A stretch of 24,000 bases of DNA from an uncultured Geobacter sp. (GTDB lineage Bacteria; Desulfobacterota; Desulfuromonadia; Geobacterales; Geobacteraceae), in assembly GCA_964389825.1 (NCBI GenBank), contig CAYMFO010000031.1, positions 1 to 24,000 on the forward strand, read 5' to 3'. This document shows positions 15,080 through 22,049 of this stretch, piece after piece. Below the pieces are notes generated by a model that worked only from the letters and a program-made list of their open reading frames with translations, made no database searches and had not been told where the DNA came from. Position numbers and translations under genes: made by a program. Positions within the stretch are counted from its first letter, which is position 1. Each line of letters opens with the position of its first letter.

Positions 15080-16381
15080 ATGAACTGGAAGGATGAGTGG
15101 AAACCACTCACACTGATTATTGCGGTGTTTCTCGCCTGCTACTACCTGCCCGTGGGTACGGGACGCTTCGACAATGCAATTCTGGAAGCATTTCATCTGG
15201 TCAAGTGGTACGCGCAGGAGCATGTGATCCTGTGTCTGGTGCCGGCCTTTTTCATTGCAGGCGCCATTGGCGTGTTTGTCAGCCAGGCATCGGTGATGAA
15301 GTACCTGGGACCCAGGGCCAACAAGGTGCTGGCCTATGGTGTGGCGTCGGTATCCGGCACCATCCTGGCGGTCTGCTCCTGCACCGTGCTGCCGTTGTTT
15401 GCCGGCATCTATTTCCGCGGCGCCGGCTTGGGTCCTGCGTCGGCCTTTCTCTATTCGGGACCGGCGATCAATGTCCTGGCCATCGTTCTCACTGCGCGGG
15501 TGCTCGGTCCGGAACTGGGCATAGCCCGGGCCGTGGGCGCGGTTGTTTTCAGTGTCGTCATCGGCGTGTTGATGCACCTTATCTTTATCAAGGAAGAGCG
15601 GGAAAAAGCGGAAGCCCAGGTGGTCCTGCCCGAGGACGGGGTGAGTCGGCCTCTGTGGCAGAACGCGCTCTACTTCGCTTCCATGGTCGGCATCCTGGTG
15701 TTCGCCAACTGGGGAAAACCGGCAGAGCCGACCGGCGTCTGGGCAGCCCTCTATCAGAACAAGTGGATTCTCACTTCGCTCTCGGCGCTTGCCCTGAGTA
15801 TCATGATGGTGGCGTGGTTCGGCGTGAAGGCCTGGAAGGTGGTTTCGTCGGTGATAGTGGTTGCCGTTCTGGCGTTCATTTTTCCCGGGCAACCGATGGT
15901 CCCCTTCATTGTCGGCGTAATAGCCCTCTCGCTCATCACTACCACCGGCACGGAGGAAACCTCCGAATGGTTTTCTTCCACCTGGGATTTCGCGAAAAAG
16001 ATTCTCCCTCTGCTGCTGTTCGGCGTGCTGATTGCCGGAGCGCTTCTGGGACGGGTCGGGTACGAGGGAATCATCCCCTCGGAATGGGTGGCTCGTGCGG
16101 TGGGCGGCAACTCCCTGTGGGCCAATTTCTTCGCATCGTTCGCCGGGGCTTTCATGTACTTCGCAACCCTGACCGAGGTGCCGATCCTGCAGGGTCTGAT
16201 TGGTTCGGGTATGGGCAAGGGGCCGGCCCTGGCTCTGCTGCTGGCCGGACCGGCCCTGTCGCTCCCCAACATGCTGGTGATCCGCAGCATCATGGGGACC
16301 AGGAAGACGGTGGTGTTCGTATCGCTCGTCATTATCATGGCGACCATAACCGGTATGATATTCGGCGCCTTTTTCGGATAA
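15080..16381 (+). CDS. Polytopic permease of the PF03773 (ArsP/YraQ-like, 'predicted permease') type
   Basis: 433 aa with SD GAAAGGA. Multiple TM helices and a vicinal Cys motif LAVCSCTVLPLF, like the Cys pair in ArsP-type permeases. Substrate unknown. Confidence 0.75.
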   Translation: MNWKDEWKPLTLIIAVFLACYYLPVGTGRFDNAILEAFHLVKWYAQEHVILCLVPAFFIAGAIGVFVSQASVMKYLGPRANKVLAYGVASVSGTILAVCSCTVLPLFAGIYFRGAGLGPASAFLYSGPAINVLAIVLTARVLGPELGIARAVGAVVFSVVIGVLMHLIFIKEEREKAEAQVVLPEDGVSRPLWQNALYFASMVGILVFANWGKPAEPTGVWAALYQNKWILTSLSALALSIMMVAWFGVKAWKVVSSVIVVAVLAFIFPGQPMVPFIVGVIALSLITTTGTEETSEWFSSTWDFAKKILPLLLFGVLIAGALLGRVGYEGIIPSEWVARAVGGNSLWANFFASFAGAFMYFATLTEVPILQGLIGSGMGKGPALALLLAGPALSLPNMLVIRSIMGTRKTVVFVSLVIIMATITGMIFGAFFG

Positions 16382-16866
16382 TGGGAATCGCTACCCTTTC
16401 AATCACAGGTATCGGCGCCATGCTCAAGATCGTAGGGAAAGCCCTGTGCATATTCGTCCTGATACAAATTTTCCTTCTTCATCATGCTGAAGCGGGAGTG
16501 ATTGGCATAACAAACAAAGAATTGTCGGCTTTGCTCGAACAAGGAGTACCTGTCATAGACATCCGCACTGAAAGGGAATGGCGGGAAACCGGCGTTATAC
16601 CGGGCAGCCATCTGCTGACCCTGTTCGACGAAAGGAGGCGGATGCTGGATCCCGGGGTCTGGCTGGAAAAGGTCCGGGCACGGGTTCCAATGGACAGACC
16701 GGTTATCCTTGTCTGCCGCGTCGGCAACCGCACCGTTCCGGCAACGAGATTTCTGGCAACATCAGGATACAAAACTGTGTACAACGTAACCGACGGTTTA
16801 GTGCCATGGATCAAGGCCGGCAAGCCGATAGTGAAGTATCCCGGCTCCTTGTCGGGGTCAATCTGA
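16381..16866 (+). CDS. Rhodanese-domain sulfurtransferase with N-terminal signal/anchor
   Basis: ATG overlaps the permease stop (TAATG); an alternative ATG lies at 16420. Hydrophobic N-terminus, then a rhodanese fold with the active-site loop CRVGNRT. The 589-aa ORF in the track is real only in its last ~161 codons. Confidence 0.75.
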   Translation: MGIATLSITGIGAMLKIVGKALCIFVLIQIFLLHHAEAGVIGITNKELSALLEQGVPVIDIRTEREWRETGVIPGSHLLTLFDERRRMLDPGVWLEKVRARVPMDRPVILVCRVGNRTVPATRFLATSGYKTVYNVTDGLVPWIKAGKPIVKYPGSLSGSI

Positions 16867-16900
16867 GAGGAGTGGCGCATGCAAGGTAAACGCATTGTAA

Positions 16901-17014
16901 GCATATAAAGCGTTGACCAGTTTCGAGAAGTGGGCCAGGAGGGTCACTGGATCTATTTTTATTGCTATCGGCATCTACTACAGTCTAACCAACATTTTCG
17001 GGCTTTCTTTCTGA
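16901..17014 (+). pseudogene. Possible C-terminal remnant of a CcdA/DsbD-family gene (or a 33-aa TTG-initiated membrane peptide)
   Basis: Reads AYKALTSFEKWARRVTGSIFIAIGIYYSLTNIFGLSF*, directly after a TAA. Its pattern matches the C-terminus of the intact ccdA here (FSEWSKRIGGAIISLVGVYLLYQAF). No upstream body of the gene remains. Confidence 0.35.
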
Positions 17015-17064
17015 TTTCCCATCCCCGGGATGGAGTATCTCCACCCACAGCAGTCCTCGTTGTT

Positions 17065-17121
17065 TTGTGTTATCCGTGTATCCGTATATACTATGAGGTA
17101 GAAGAATTCTGTAAGCGGATA
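17065..17121 (+). promoter_or_regulatory. Candidate promoter/operator of the 17147 cluster with three CGGATA half-sites
   Basis: TTGTGT (17065-17070), 16-nt spacer, TATACT (17087-17092). Tandem TATCCGT repeats (17071-17077, 17079-17085) are the reverse complement of CGGATAcaCGGATA. A further CGGATA lies at 17116-17121. Confidence 0.35.
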
Positions 17122-17146
17122 GAAACCGTTTGCCAAGGAGGTTGTC

Positions 17147-17506
17147 ATGGGAAAAAGAGGATTTGTGCTGTGCGTCTGCCAGGGAACTTGCCCCAGTTTC
17201 ACCAAGATGGATATTTTCGGCGTACTATCCGATGTGCGGCGGGAGAAGCTCTTTGATTACGTCTGCCTCCATCCGCAGTTGTGTGTCGGTGACGGTGACG
17301 AGTTTATCAAGGTGTTGCTTTCCGGCGGGGAGACGGAAAAACTCTATGTGGCGGGATGCGACCCCAGAATGCAGGAAAAAATGTTTCGTGACGCCTTCGA
17401 AGCCGCGGGTTTCGACAAGGAAAAGCACGTGGCGCTGGATATTCGCAACAAGACCACGGAAGAGGCTGTCGCAGCCATCAAGAAAATGGCGGTTGGAAAC
17501 CCGTAA
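17147..17506 (+). CDS. Cys-rich putative Fe-S protein, distantly MvhD/FlpD-like (tentative)
   Basis: Strong SD AAGGAGG. 119 aa with FVLCVCQGTCPSF, YVCLHPQLCVGDG and YVAGCDPRMQ. Cys spacing and overall layout resemble hydrogenase/heterodisulfide-reductase delta-subunit-like domains. Family assignment is uncertain. Confidence 0.6.
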   Translation: MGKRGFVLCVCQGTCPSFTKMDIFGVLSDVRREKLFDYVCLHPQLCVGDGDEFIKVLLSGGETEKLYVAGCDPRMQEKMFRDAFEAAGFDKEKHVALDIRNKTTEEAVAAIKKMAVGNP

Positions 17507-17517
17507 AGCGAGGGCTC

Positions 17518-17799
17518 ATGAAAGAGTGGCGGGGAATACCCAGAGAAGAGATCCCATGGTTTCCAACCATCGAAGGGGAGAAGTGTGTCGGTTGCAGATC
17601 CTGCGTGGAGTTCTGCCCCAATGATGTGCTGGCTTTCGATGAAGTCGCGGGGAAAGCTCGGGTCAAGAATCCGTACAACTGCGTGGTTGAGTGCAAGACC
17701 TGCGCAAAGTTTTGTCCCGCAGATGCGATATCGTTTCCGGGCGAAAAGGAATTCTCCACGTTCATCAGGAAAAAACTCGCGGGAGTGGAAACGGCATGA
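17518..17799 (+). CDS. 4Fe-4S dicluster ferredoxin
   Basis: 93 aa, 11 nt after the previous gene. CVGCRSCVEFCP and C..CKTCAKFCP motifs. Confidence 0.85.
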   Translation: MKEWRGIPREEIPWFPTIEGEKCVGCRSCVEFCPNDVLAFDEVAGKARVKNPYNCVVECKTCAKFCPADAISFPGEKEFSTFIRKKLAGVETA

Positions 17800-17853
17800 A
17801 ATCCTGATTCGGGACTGCCTTACGAAAAGGTGAAAAACAGGGAGGTGATTGGC

Positions 17854-18096
17854 GTGAAACGGAGAATATGCCGTAATTGCGGTCAGGAAATGAAGAAAGA
17901 GCTTACACCGGAAAAGGTGAGGTTTTTCTGCATGCAGTGCGATGGGTATACCCCGTTCGACGAGCTCGACATGGAACCCTTCTGTCCCGAATGCCACAAA
18001 AAGCTGCAATTCTGCGCCAAATGCAGTTCCGCATTCTTCTGCGACACGTGTAATGCCATTATTTCCAGAAAAAAGATTGTCTGGAAGGAGAAATGA
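17854..18096 (+). CDS. Small zinc-ribbon protein with five CxxC pairs
   Basis: GTG at 17854 preceded by GGGAGG (ORF opens at 17830). CRNC, CMQC, CPEC, CAKC and CDTC motifs in about 80 aa. Confidence 0.6.
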   Translation: MKRRICRNCGQEMKKELTPEKVRFFCMQCDGYTPFDELDMEPFCPECHKKLQFCAKCSSAFFCDTCNAIISRKKIVWKEK

Positions 18097-18149
18097 TCAG
18101 GTTGTTCTTCCACCGGGAAAAGGGACACATCGAAACCCGGAATTTGGAC

Positions 18150-18178
18150 TTGCATTAAGCCGGATATACGGATATATT
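18150..18178 (+). promoter_or_regulatory. Candidate sigma70 promoter of arsR-arsC-acr3 overlapped by a tandem CGGATA repeat
   Basis: TTGCAT (18150-18155), 17-nt spacer, TATATT (18173-18178). CGGATAtaCGGATA lies at 18161-18174, and TATACGGATAT at 18165-18175. The -10 ends 6 nt before the arsR ATG. Confidence 0.4.
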
Positions 18179-18184
18179 CAAGGC

Positions 18185-18523
18185 ATGAAAAACACCGCTC
18201 GCATGTTCAAGGCCCTTTCCGATGAAACCCGCCTTCGCATTCTCTGCCTGCTGCTGGAGGGAGAGTTGTGCGTCTGCGACTTGATGGCGGTGCTCCAGCT
18301 TCCCCAATCCACTGTTTCGCGGCACCTGGCCTACCTGAAGAACTCCGGATGGGTGGATGACCGCAGGTGCGGGGTGTGGATGTACTATTCCATCACGGGC
18401 AACGGCGGCCAATTACGGAATGGGTTGCTCGAAAGCCTGCGCAATGCCGTGCCCGGCCTCGAAGTCGCCGCCTCGGATCGCGGGCGCCTGAACGAGATGG
18501 GACAAAACAGCAGGTGCGCATGA
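18185..18523 (+). CDS. arsR: ArsR-family arsenic-responsive repressor
   Basis: Internal ATG at 18185. FKALSDETRLRILCLLLEGELCVCDLMAVLQLPQSTVSRHLAYLKNSGWV carries the ELCVCDL As(III)-binding motif and the HTH. Confidence 0.9.
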   Translation: MKNTARMFKALSDETRLRILCLLLEGELCVCDLMAVLQLPQSTVSRHLAYLKNSGWVDDRRCGVWMYYSITGNGGQLRNGLLESLRNAVPGLEVAASDRGRLNEMGQNSRCA

Positions 18524-18587
18524 GTATGCGGATAAATGGCTGAAGACGTAAGGGAAACCGATATATTTTTTGCCACATTAACCCGCT

Positions 18588-18598
18588 TATACGGATAT
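18588..18598 (+). promoter_or_regulatory. Second exact copy of the TATACGGATAT motif, 16 nt upstream of the arsC start
   Basis: This 11-mer is identical to 18165-18175. A related CGGATA lies at 18529-18534, and ATCCGTAT at 19056-19063 upstream of acr3. Confidence 0.35.
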
Positions 18599-18613
18599 CC
18601 CGAAGGAGAGATT

Positions 18614-19048
18614 ATGCCTAAAAAGAGAGCTCTTTTTCTCTGCACCGCCAACTCCTGCCGCTCGCAGATGGCGGAAGGGATTGCCGGCCATTTCCTGGGA
18701 GACCTGCTGGAGGCGTTTTCCGCGGGTACCGAGGCATCCTTTGTCAACCCGCGGGCCATCGAGGTGATGCGGGAAATCGGTGTCGATATCTCCGGGCAGC
18801 GCTCCAAGAACTTGGACGAATTTTCGGGCCGGTCCTTCGACTACGTGATTACCCTGTGCGGGGACGCCAATGAAAAATGTCCCCTCTTCTTCGGTGGAGT
18901 GCCAAGGACCCACATGGGTTTCCCGGATCCAGCCGGGGCGAGGGGTACGGAAGAAGAGATCATGGCGGAGTTCAGAAAGGTCAGGGATGACATGAAGGAC
19001 AGACTGACGGATTTCTTCAGGAAACAGTTGAAACAGGTTCCCGTGTAA
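18614..19048 (+). CDS. arsC: Arsenate reductase, LMW-PTP / thioredoxin-coupled type
   Basis: ATG after GAAGGAGAG. P-loop LFLCTANSCRSQMAEG (CX5R) and the downstream Cys pair TLCGDANEKCP, as in pI258-type ArsC. Confidence 0.9.
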   Translation: MPKKRALFLCTANSCRSQMAEGIAGHFLGDLLEAFSAGTEASFVNPRAIEVMREIGVDISGQRSKNLDEFSGRSFDYVITLCGDANEKCPLFFGGVPRTHMGFPDPAGARGTEEEIMAEFRKVRDDMKDRLTDFFRKQLKQVPV

Positions 19049-19081
19049 GAATCAAATCCGTATCGCAAGGAGGAGAGAGTC

Positions 19082-20161
19082 ATGGTACAGGGACTTACCA
19101 AAAGGCTTTCGTTTCTCGACCGTTATCTCACCGTATGGATCTTCGCGGCCATGTTTCTCGGCCTGGCGCTGGGATACTTTGTGCCGGCGTCAAAAACCCT
19201 CATCAACAAGTTTCAGGTGGGAACGACCAATATCCCCATCGCCATCGGCCTGATCCTGATGATGTATCCTCCCCTGGCCAAGGTCAAGTACGAGGAGATG
19301 CCCGAAGTGTTCAAGAACAAGAAGGTGCTCCTCCTTTCCCTGGCTCAGAACTGGCTGGTGGGACCGATCCTCATGTTCGCCCTGGCCCTGATTTTCCTGC
19401 GCGACTACCCCGAGTACATGGTCGGCCTCATCATGATGGGAATGGCGCGCTGCATCGCCATGGTCATCGTCTGGAACGACCTTGCCTGCGGCGACCGTGA
19501 GTATGCCGCCGGCCTGGTTGCGTTCAACTCAATCTTCCAGGTGCTGTTCTTCTCGGTCTACTGCTATGTTTTTGTTACGGTTCTGCCGCCGCTGTTCGGC
19601 ATCAAGGGGGCTGTGGTGAACATCACCATGGGCGAGATCGCCAAGAGCGTCTTCATCTACCTCGGCATACCGTTCCTTGCCGGAATGATAACCCACTTCA
19701 GCCTCACGCGCATCAAGGGCAAGGAATGGTTCGAAAAGTCTTTCGCCCCCGTCATCAGCCCACTTACCCTGATCTTCCTCCTGTTCACCATCTTGGTCAT
19801 GTTCGCCACCCAGGGAGACAAGATCCTGAGCAGGCCCTTTGACGTGGTCGTGATTGCAATCCCGCTTCTCATCTACTTTGTGGTCATGTTCGTTGTATCC
19901 TTCTTCATGAGCAAGAAGCTGGGCACCAACTACGAGAAGAGCGCCACCTTGTCGTTCACGGCGGCCAGCAACAACTTCGAGCTTGCCATTGCCGTTGCCA
20001 TCTCCGTGTTCGGCCTCAACTCCGGCCAGGCATTCGCCTCGGTCATCGGCCCGCTGGTGGAGGTGCCGGTCCTCATCAGCCTGGTCAATCTGGCATTCTA
20101 TTTTCAGAAAAAATATTTTCCCAAGCCCCTTATTATGCCTAAAAGATGCGATGTACCGTAA
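19082..20161 (+). CDS. acr3: ACR3-family arsenite efflux transporter
   Basis: 359 aa, about 10 TM helices. [13 protein letters not shown]-terminus and the conserved GMARCIAMV motif. SD AAGGAGGAGAG. Confidence 0.92.
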   Translation: MVQGLTKRLSFLDRYLTVWIFAAMFLGLALGYFVPASKTLINKFQVGTTNIPIAIGLILMMYPPLAKVKYEEMPEVFKNKKVLLLSLAQNWLVGPILMFALALIFLRDYPEYMVGLIMMGMARCIAMVIVWNDLACGDREYAAGLVAFNSIFQVLFFSVYCYVFVTVLPPLFGIKGAVVNITMGEIAKSVFIYLGIPFLAGMITHFSLTRIKGKEWFEKSFAPVISPLTLIFLLFTILVMFATQGDKILSRPFDVVVIAIPLLIYFVVMFVVSFFMSKKLGTNYEKSATLSFTAASNNFELAIAVAISVFGLNSGQAFASVIGPLVEVPVLISLVNLAFYFQKKYFPKPLIMPKRCDVP

Positions 20162-20197
20162 ATTCCATACCCGCAAAGGAGCCATAGAAACCGAACA

Positions 20198-21544
20198 ATG
20201 AACGGCGCCGAACTGAAAAAAATCGAAAACTTTTCCGAATCCGAACAGCTTCCCTCCGTCAGGAGCTATCCGTCGCGCCTCTTTGTGGAGACGACCACCC
20301 GCTGCAACATGAAATGCCACATGTGCGTCAAACAGAGCATGGGCAGCGGACTGGTGGAGGGCGACCTTTCCTTCGAGACATTCGAGGCCATTGAACCGGC
20401 CCTTCCCCGGACTGAGGCGCTGCTCCTCAACGGCATCGGCGAGCCCCTTCTACATAGAAACCTGGAGTCTTTCATATCCAGGGCAAAGGAATTGATGCCC
20501 GCCGGAAGCTGGGTGGGCTTCCAGTCCAATGGACTTCTTCTCGACAAAACCCGCGCGTCATCCCTGGTCAGCGCGGGCCTGGACCGGATATGTCTTTCCC
20601 TTGACGCCATCTGTCCGGAAACATTCAGGAAAATCAGGGATGGGGGCGAGGTGAAAGACCTGGAACAGGCATTCACCGCACTCAAAACCGCCCGGAAATG
20701 GCATCCTGAAAGCAACCTTCAGGTGGGTGTCGAGTTCGTCGTCATGCGCGACAATATCCACCAGCTTCCCGACGTATTAAGGTGGGCCGCTGCGGCGGGT
20801 GTTTCCTTCGCTATTGTCTCTCATCTTCTCCCCTATGGCAGGGAACACGTCTCCCAGATTGCTTATGATTACAATACGCGGGAGGCCGTGGAACTATATG
20901 AGAAATGGCTCGGGAAGGCTAAGAAACGGGGAATCGACATCAGCGGATTCTTCCACACCTATCACTGCAAGTTTCTGAGGACCGCGGAAGAGCAGCGCAT
21001 GGTTGATTTTGTTCTGGAGATGCTGGCTGAAGCAAGGGCGAGAGACATCTTCCTGCACCTGGAGAACATCATGAAGAGAGATGTGGCCATGGCCGGCCAA
21101 CTGGCCGAAACCTTCCAGAAGGCCAGGGAGGTCGCCGTGGAGACGGGACTTGATCTCCGCCTTCCCGAAACCTCTCCCAGAAATGAGAGAAAGTGCGACT
21201 TCATAGACAATGGGGGGATGTTCATCTCCTGGGACGGGGATGTCCATCCCTGCTACTTTCTCTGGCACACATTCCAGTGTCACTTCTCCGGCCGCAAGAA
21301 ATATGTGAACAGGAAGATATTCGGAAATATCAACGACAAAGGTATCCTGGATATATGGAACGATCCCATGTATCGGGAGTTCAGGGAGGAGGTCACAAAG
21401 CACGAGTATCCATTCTGCTCCAACTGCAACCTGCTTCCCTGCGAATACATATATTGCGAGGAGTTCGAGCAGGACTGCTACGCCAACACCGTCCCCTGCG
21501 GTGACTGTTTCTGGTGCATGGGGCTATTTCAGTGCCTGTCGTAA
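20198..21544 (+). CDS. Radical SAM enzyme with C-terminal SPASM/twitch-like auxiliary-cluster domain
   Basis: 448 aa. CNMKCHMC (CX3CX2C) near the N-terminus, GIGEPLL SAM-binding motif. The C-terminus has CX13GX4C (CDFIDNGGMFISWDGDVHPC) and CSNCNLLPCEYIYC plus further Cys residues. Last gene of the same-strand ars cluster. Confidence 0.85.
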   Translation: MNGAELKKIENFSESEQLPSVRSYPSRLFVETTTRCNMKCHMCVKQSMGSGLVEGDLSFETFEAIEPALPRTEALLLNGIGEPLLHRNLESFISRAKELMPAGSWVGFQSNGLLLDKTRASSLVSAGLDRICLSLDAICPETFRKIRDGGEVKDLEQAFTALKTARKWHPESNLQVGVEFVVMRDNIHQLPDVLRWAAAAGVSFAIVSHLLPYGREHVSQIAYDYNTREAVELYEKWLGKAKKRGIDISGFFHTYHCKFLRTAEEQRMVDFVLEMLAEARARDIFLHLENIMKRDVAMAGQLAETFQKAREVAVETGLDLRLPETSPRNERKCDFIDNGGMFISWDGDVHPCYFLWHTFQCHFSGRKKYVNRKIFGNINDKGILDIWNDPMYREFREEVTKHEYPFCSNCNLLPCEYIYCEEFEQDCYANTVPCGDCFWCMGLFQCLS

Positions 21545-21553
21545 AGAGTGTCC

Positions 21554-21597
21554 AAAAAATCCCCCCCCGCCATTGGCGTGAGGGGGGGGTATTTTTT
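21554..21597. terminator. Bidirectional rho-independent terminator
   Basis: AAAAAA (21554-21559), an 8-bp C/G stem (CCCCCCCC 21561-21568 / GGGGGGGG 21582-21589), 13-nt loop, then TATTTTTT (21590-21597). Sits between convergent genes. Confidence 0.85.
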
Positions 21598-21690
21598 CAG
21601 GTTCATCCACGAAATACCTGGGGAGCATGGCCTATCATGCGAACCGCCGGCCGCCTTGAGAACAGGCGCCACCTTGATTGCAAAAGCGTA

Positions 21691-22029
21691 TTATTCCGCA
21701 AGCTTTCTGACTACGTCTTCAGGGAATCCCATGCTGAATAATTCCTCAGGTCCTATACCGGTTCCGGCGACAGCTACCTTCCAGTTACCTTTAGACTTGA
21801 CAAGGTACGCCTCACCCCCGTCAATATTGTTCGAAAATCTCGCAAAGGCGTAATTGCCGACAATTTTCGGGCAGAACACCTGATCCACCAAGATATAATC
21901 GGTCTTTTTCAGGACTGAGATGATTTTCTTATAGTCCGAAGGATTTGCATTACATTTTGCTTCCCCGGCTAGAGCGCTGCTACAGAAAATCAAAACCAAG
22001 GCGCCGATGAAAACTCCCTTGATTATCAT
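21691..22029 (-). CDS. Small secreted hypothetical protein
   Basis: ATG at 22029 after AGGATAGGGGG. MIIKGVFIGALVLIFCSSALAGE signal peptide, 112 aa. The N-terminal extension in the ORF track runs through repeat copy B and is not credible. Confidence 0.6.
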   Translation of the reverse strand: MIIKGVFIGALVLIFCSSALAGEAKCNANPSDYKKIISVLKKTDYILVDQVFCPKIVGNYAFARFSNNIDGGEAYLVKSKGNWKVAVAGTGIGPEELFSMGFPEDVVRKLAE

Positions 22030-22049
22030 GCCCCCTATCCTTTCCGCGG

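Noticed and set aside
15097-16380. First ~428 codons of the 589-aa plus-strand ORF 15097-16866
   Set aside because: This is an alternative frame of the permease gene (15080-16381), which has a coherent TM-helix pattern. Only the portion after 16381 (the rhodanese domain) is protein-like.
20198-21544. Calling the radical SAM gene arsS (arsenosugar) or arsL (arsinothricin)
   Set aside because: Its cluster-binding context (TTRCNMKCHMC) and SPASM-type C-terminus do not match my recollection of ArsS or ArsL architectures. Assignment without an HMM search would be unsupported.
21548-21853. 101-aa ORF directly after the radical SAM gene as a possible RiPP precursor
   Set aside because: It starts inside the terminator hairpin, runs antisense into the better-supported secreted-protein gene (21691-22029), and has no SD.
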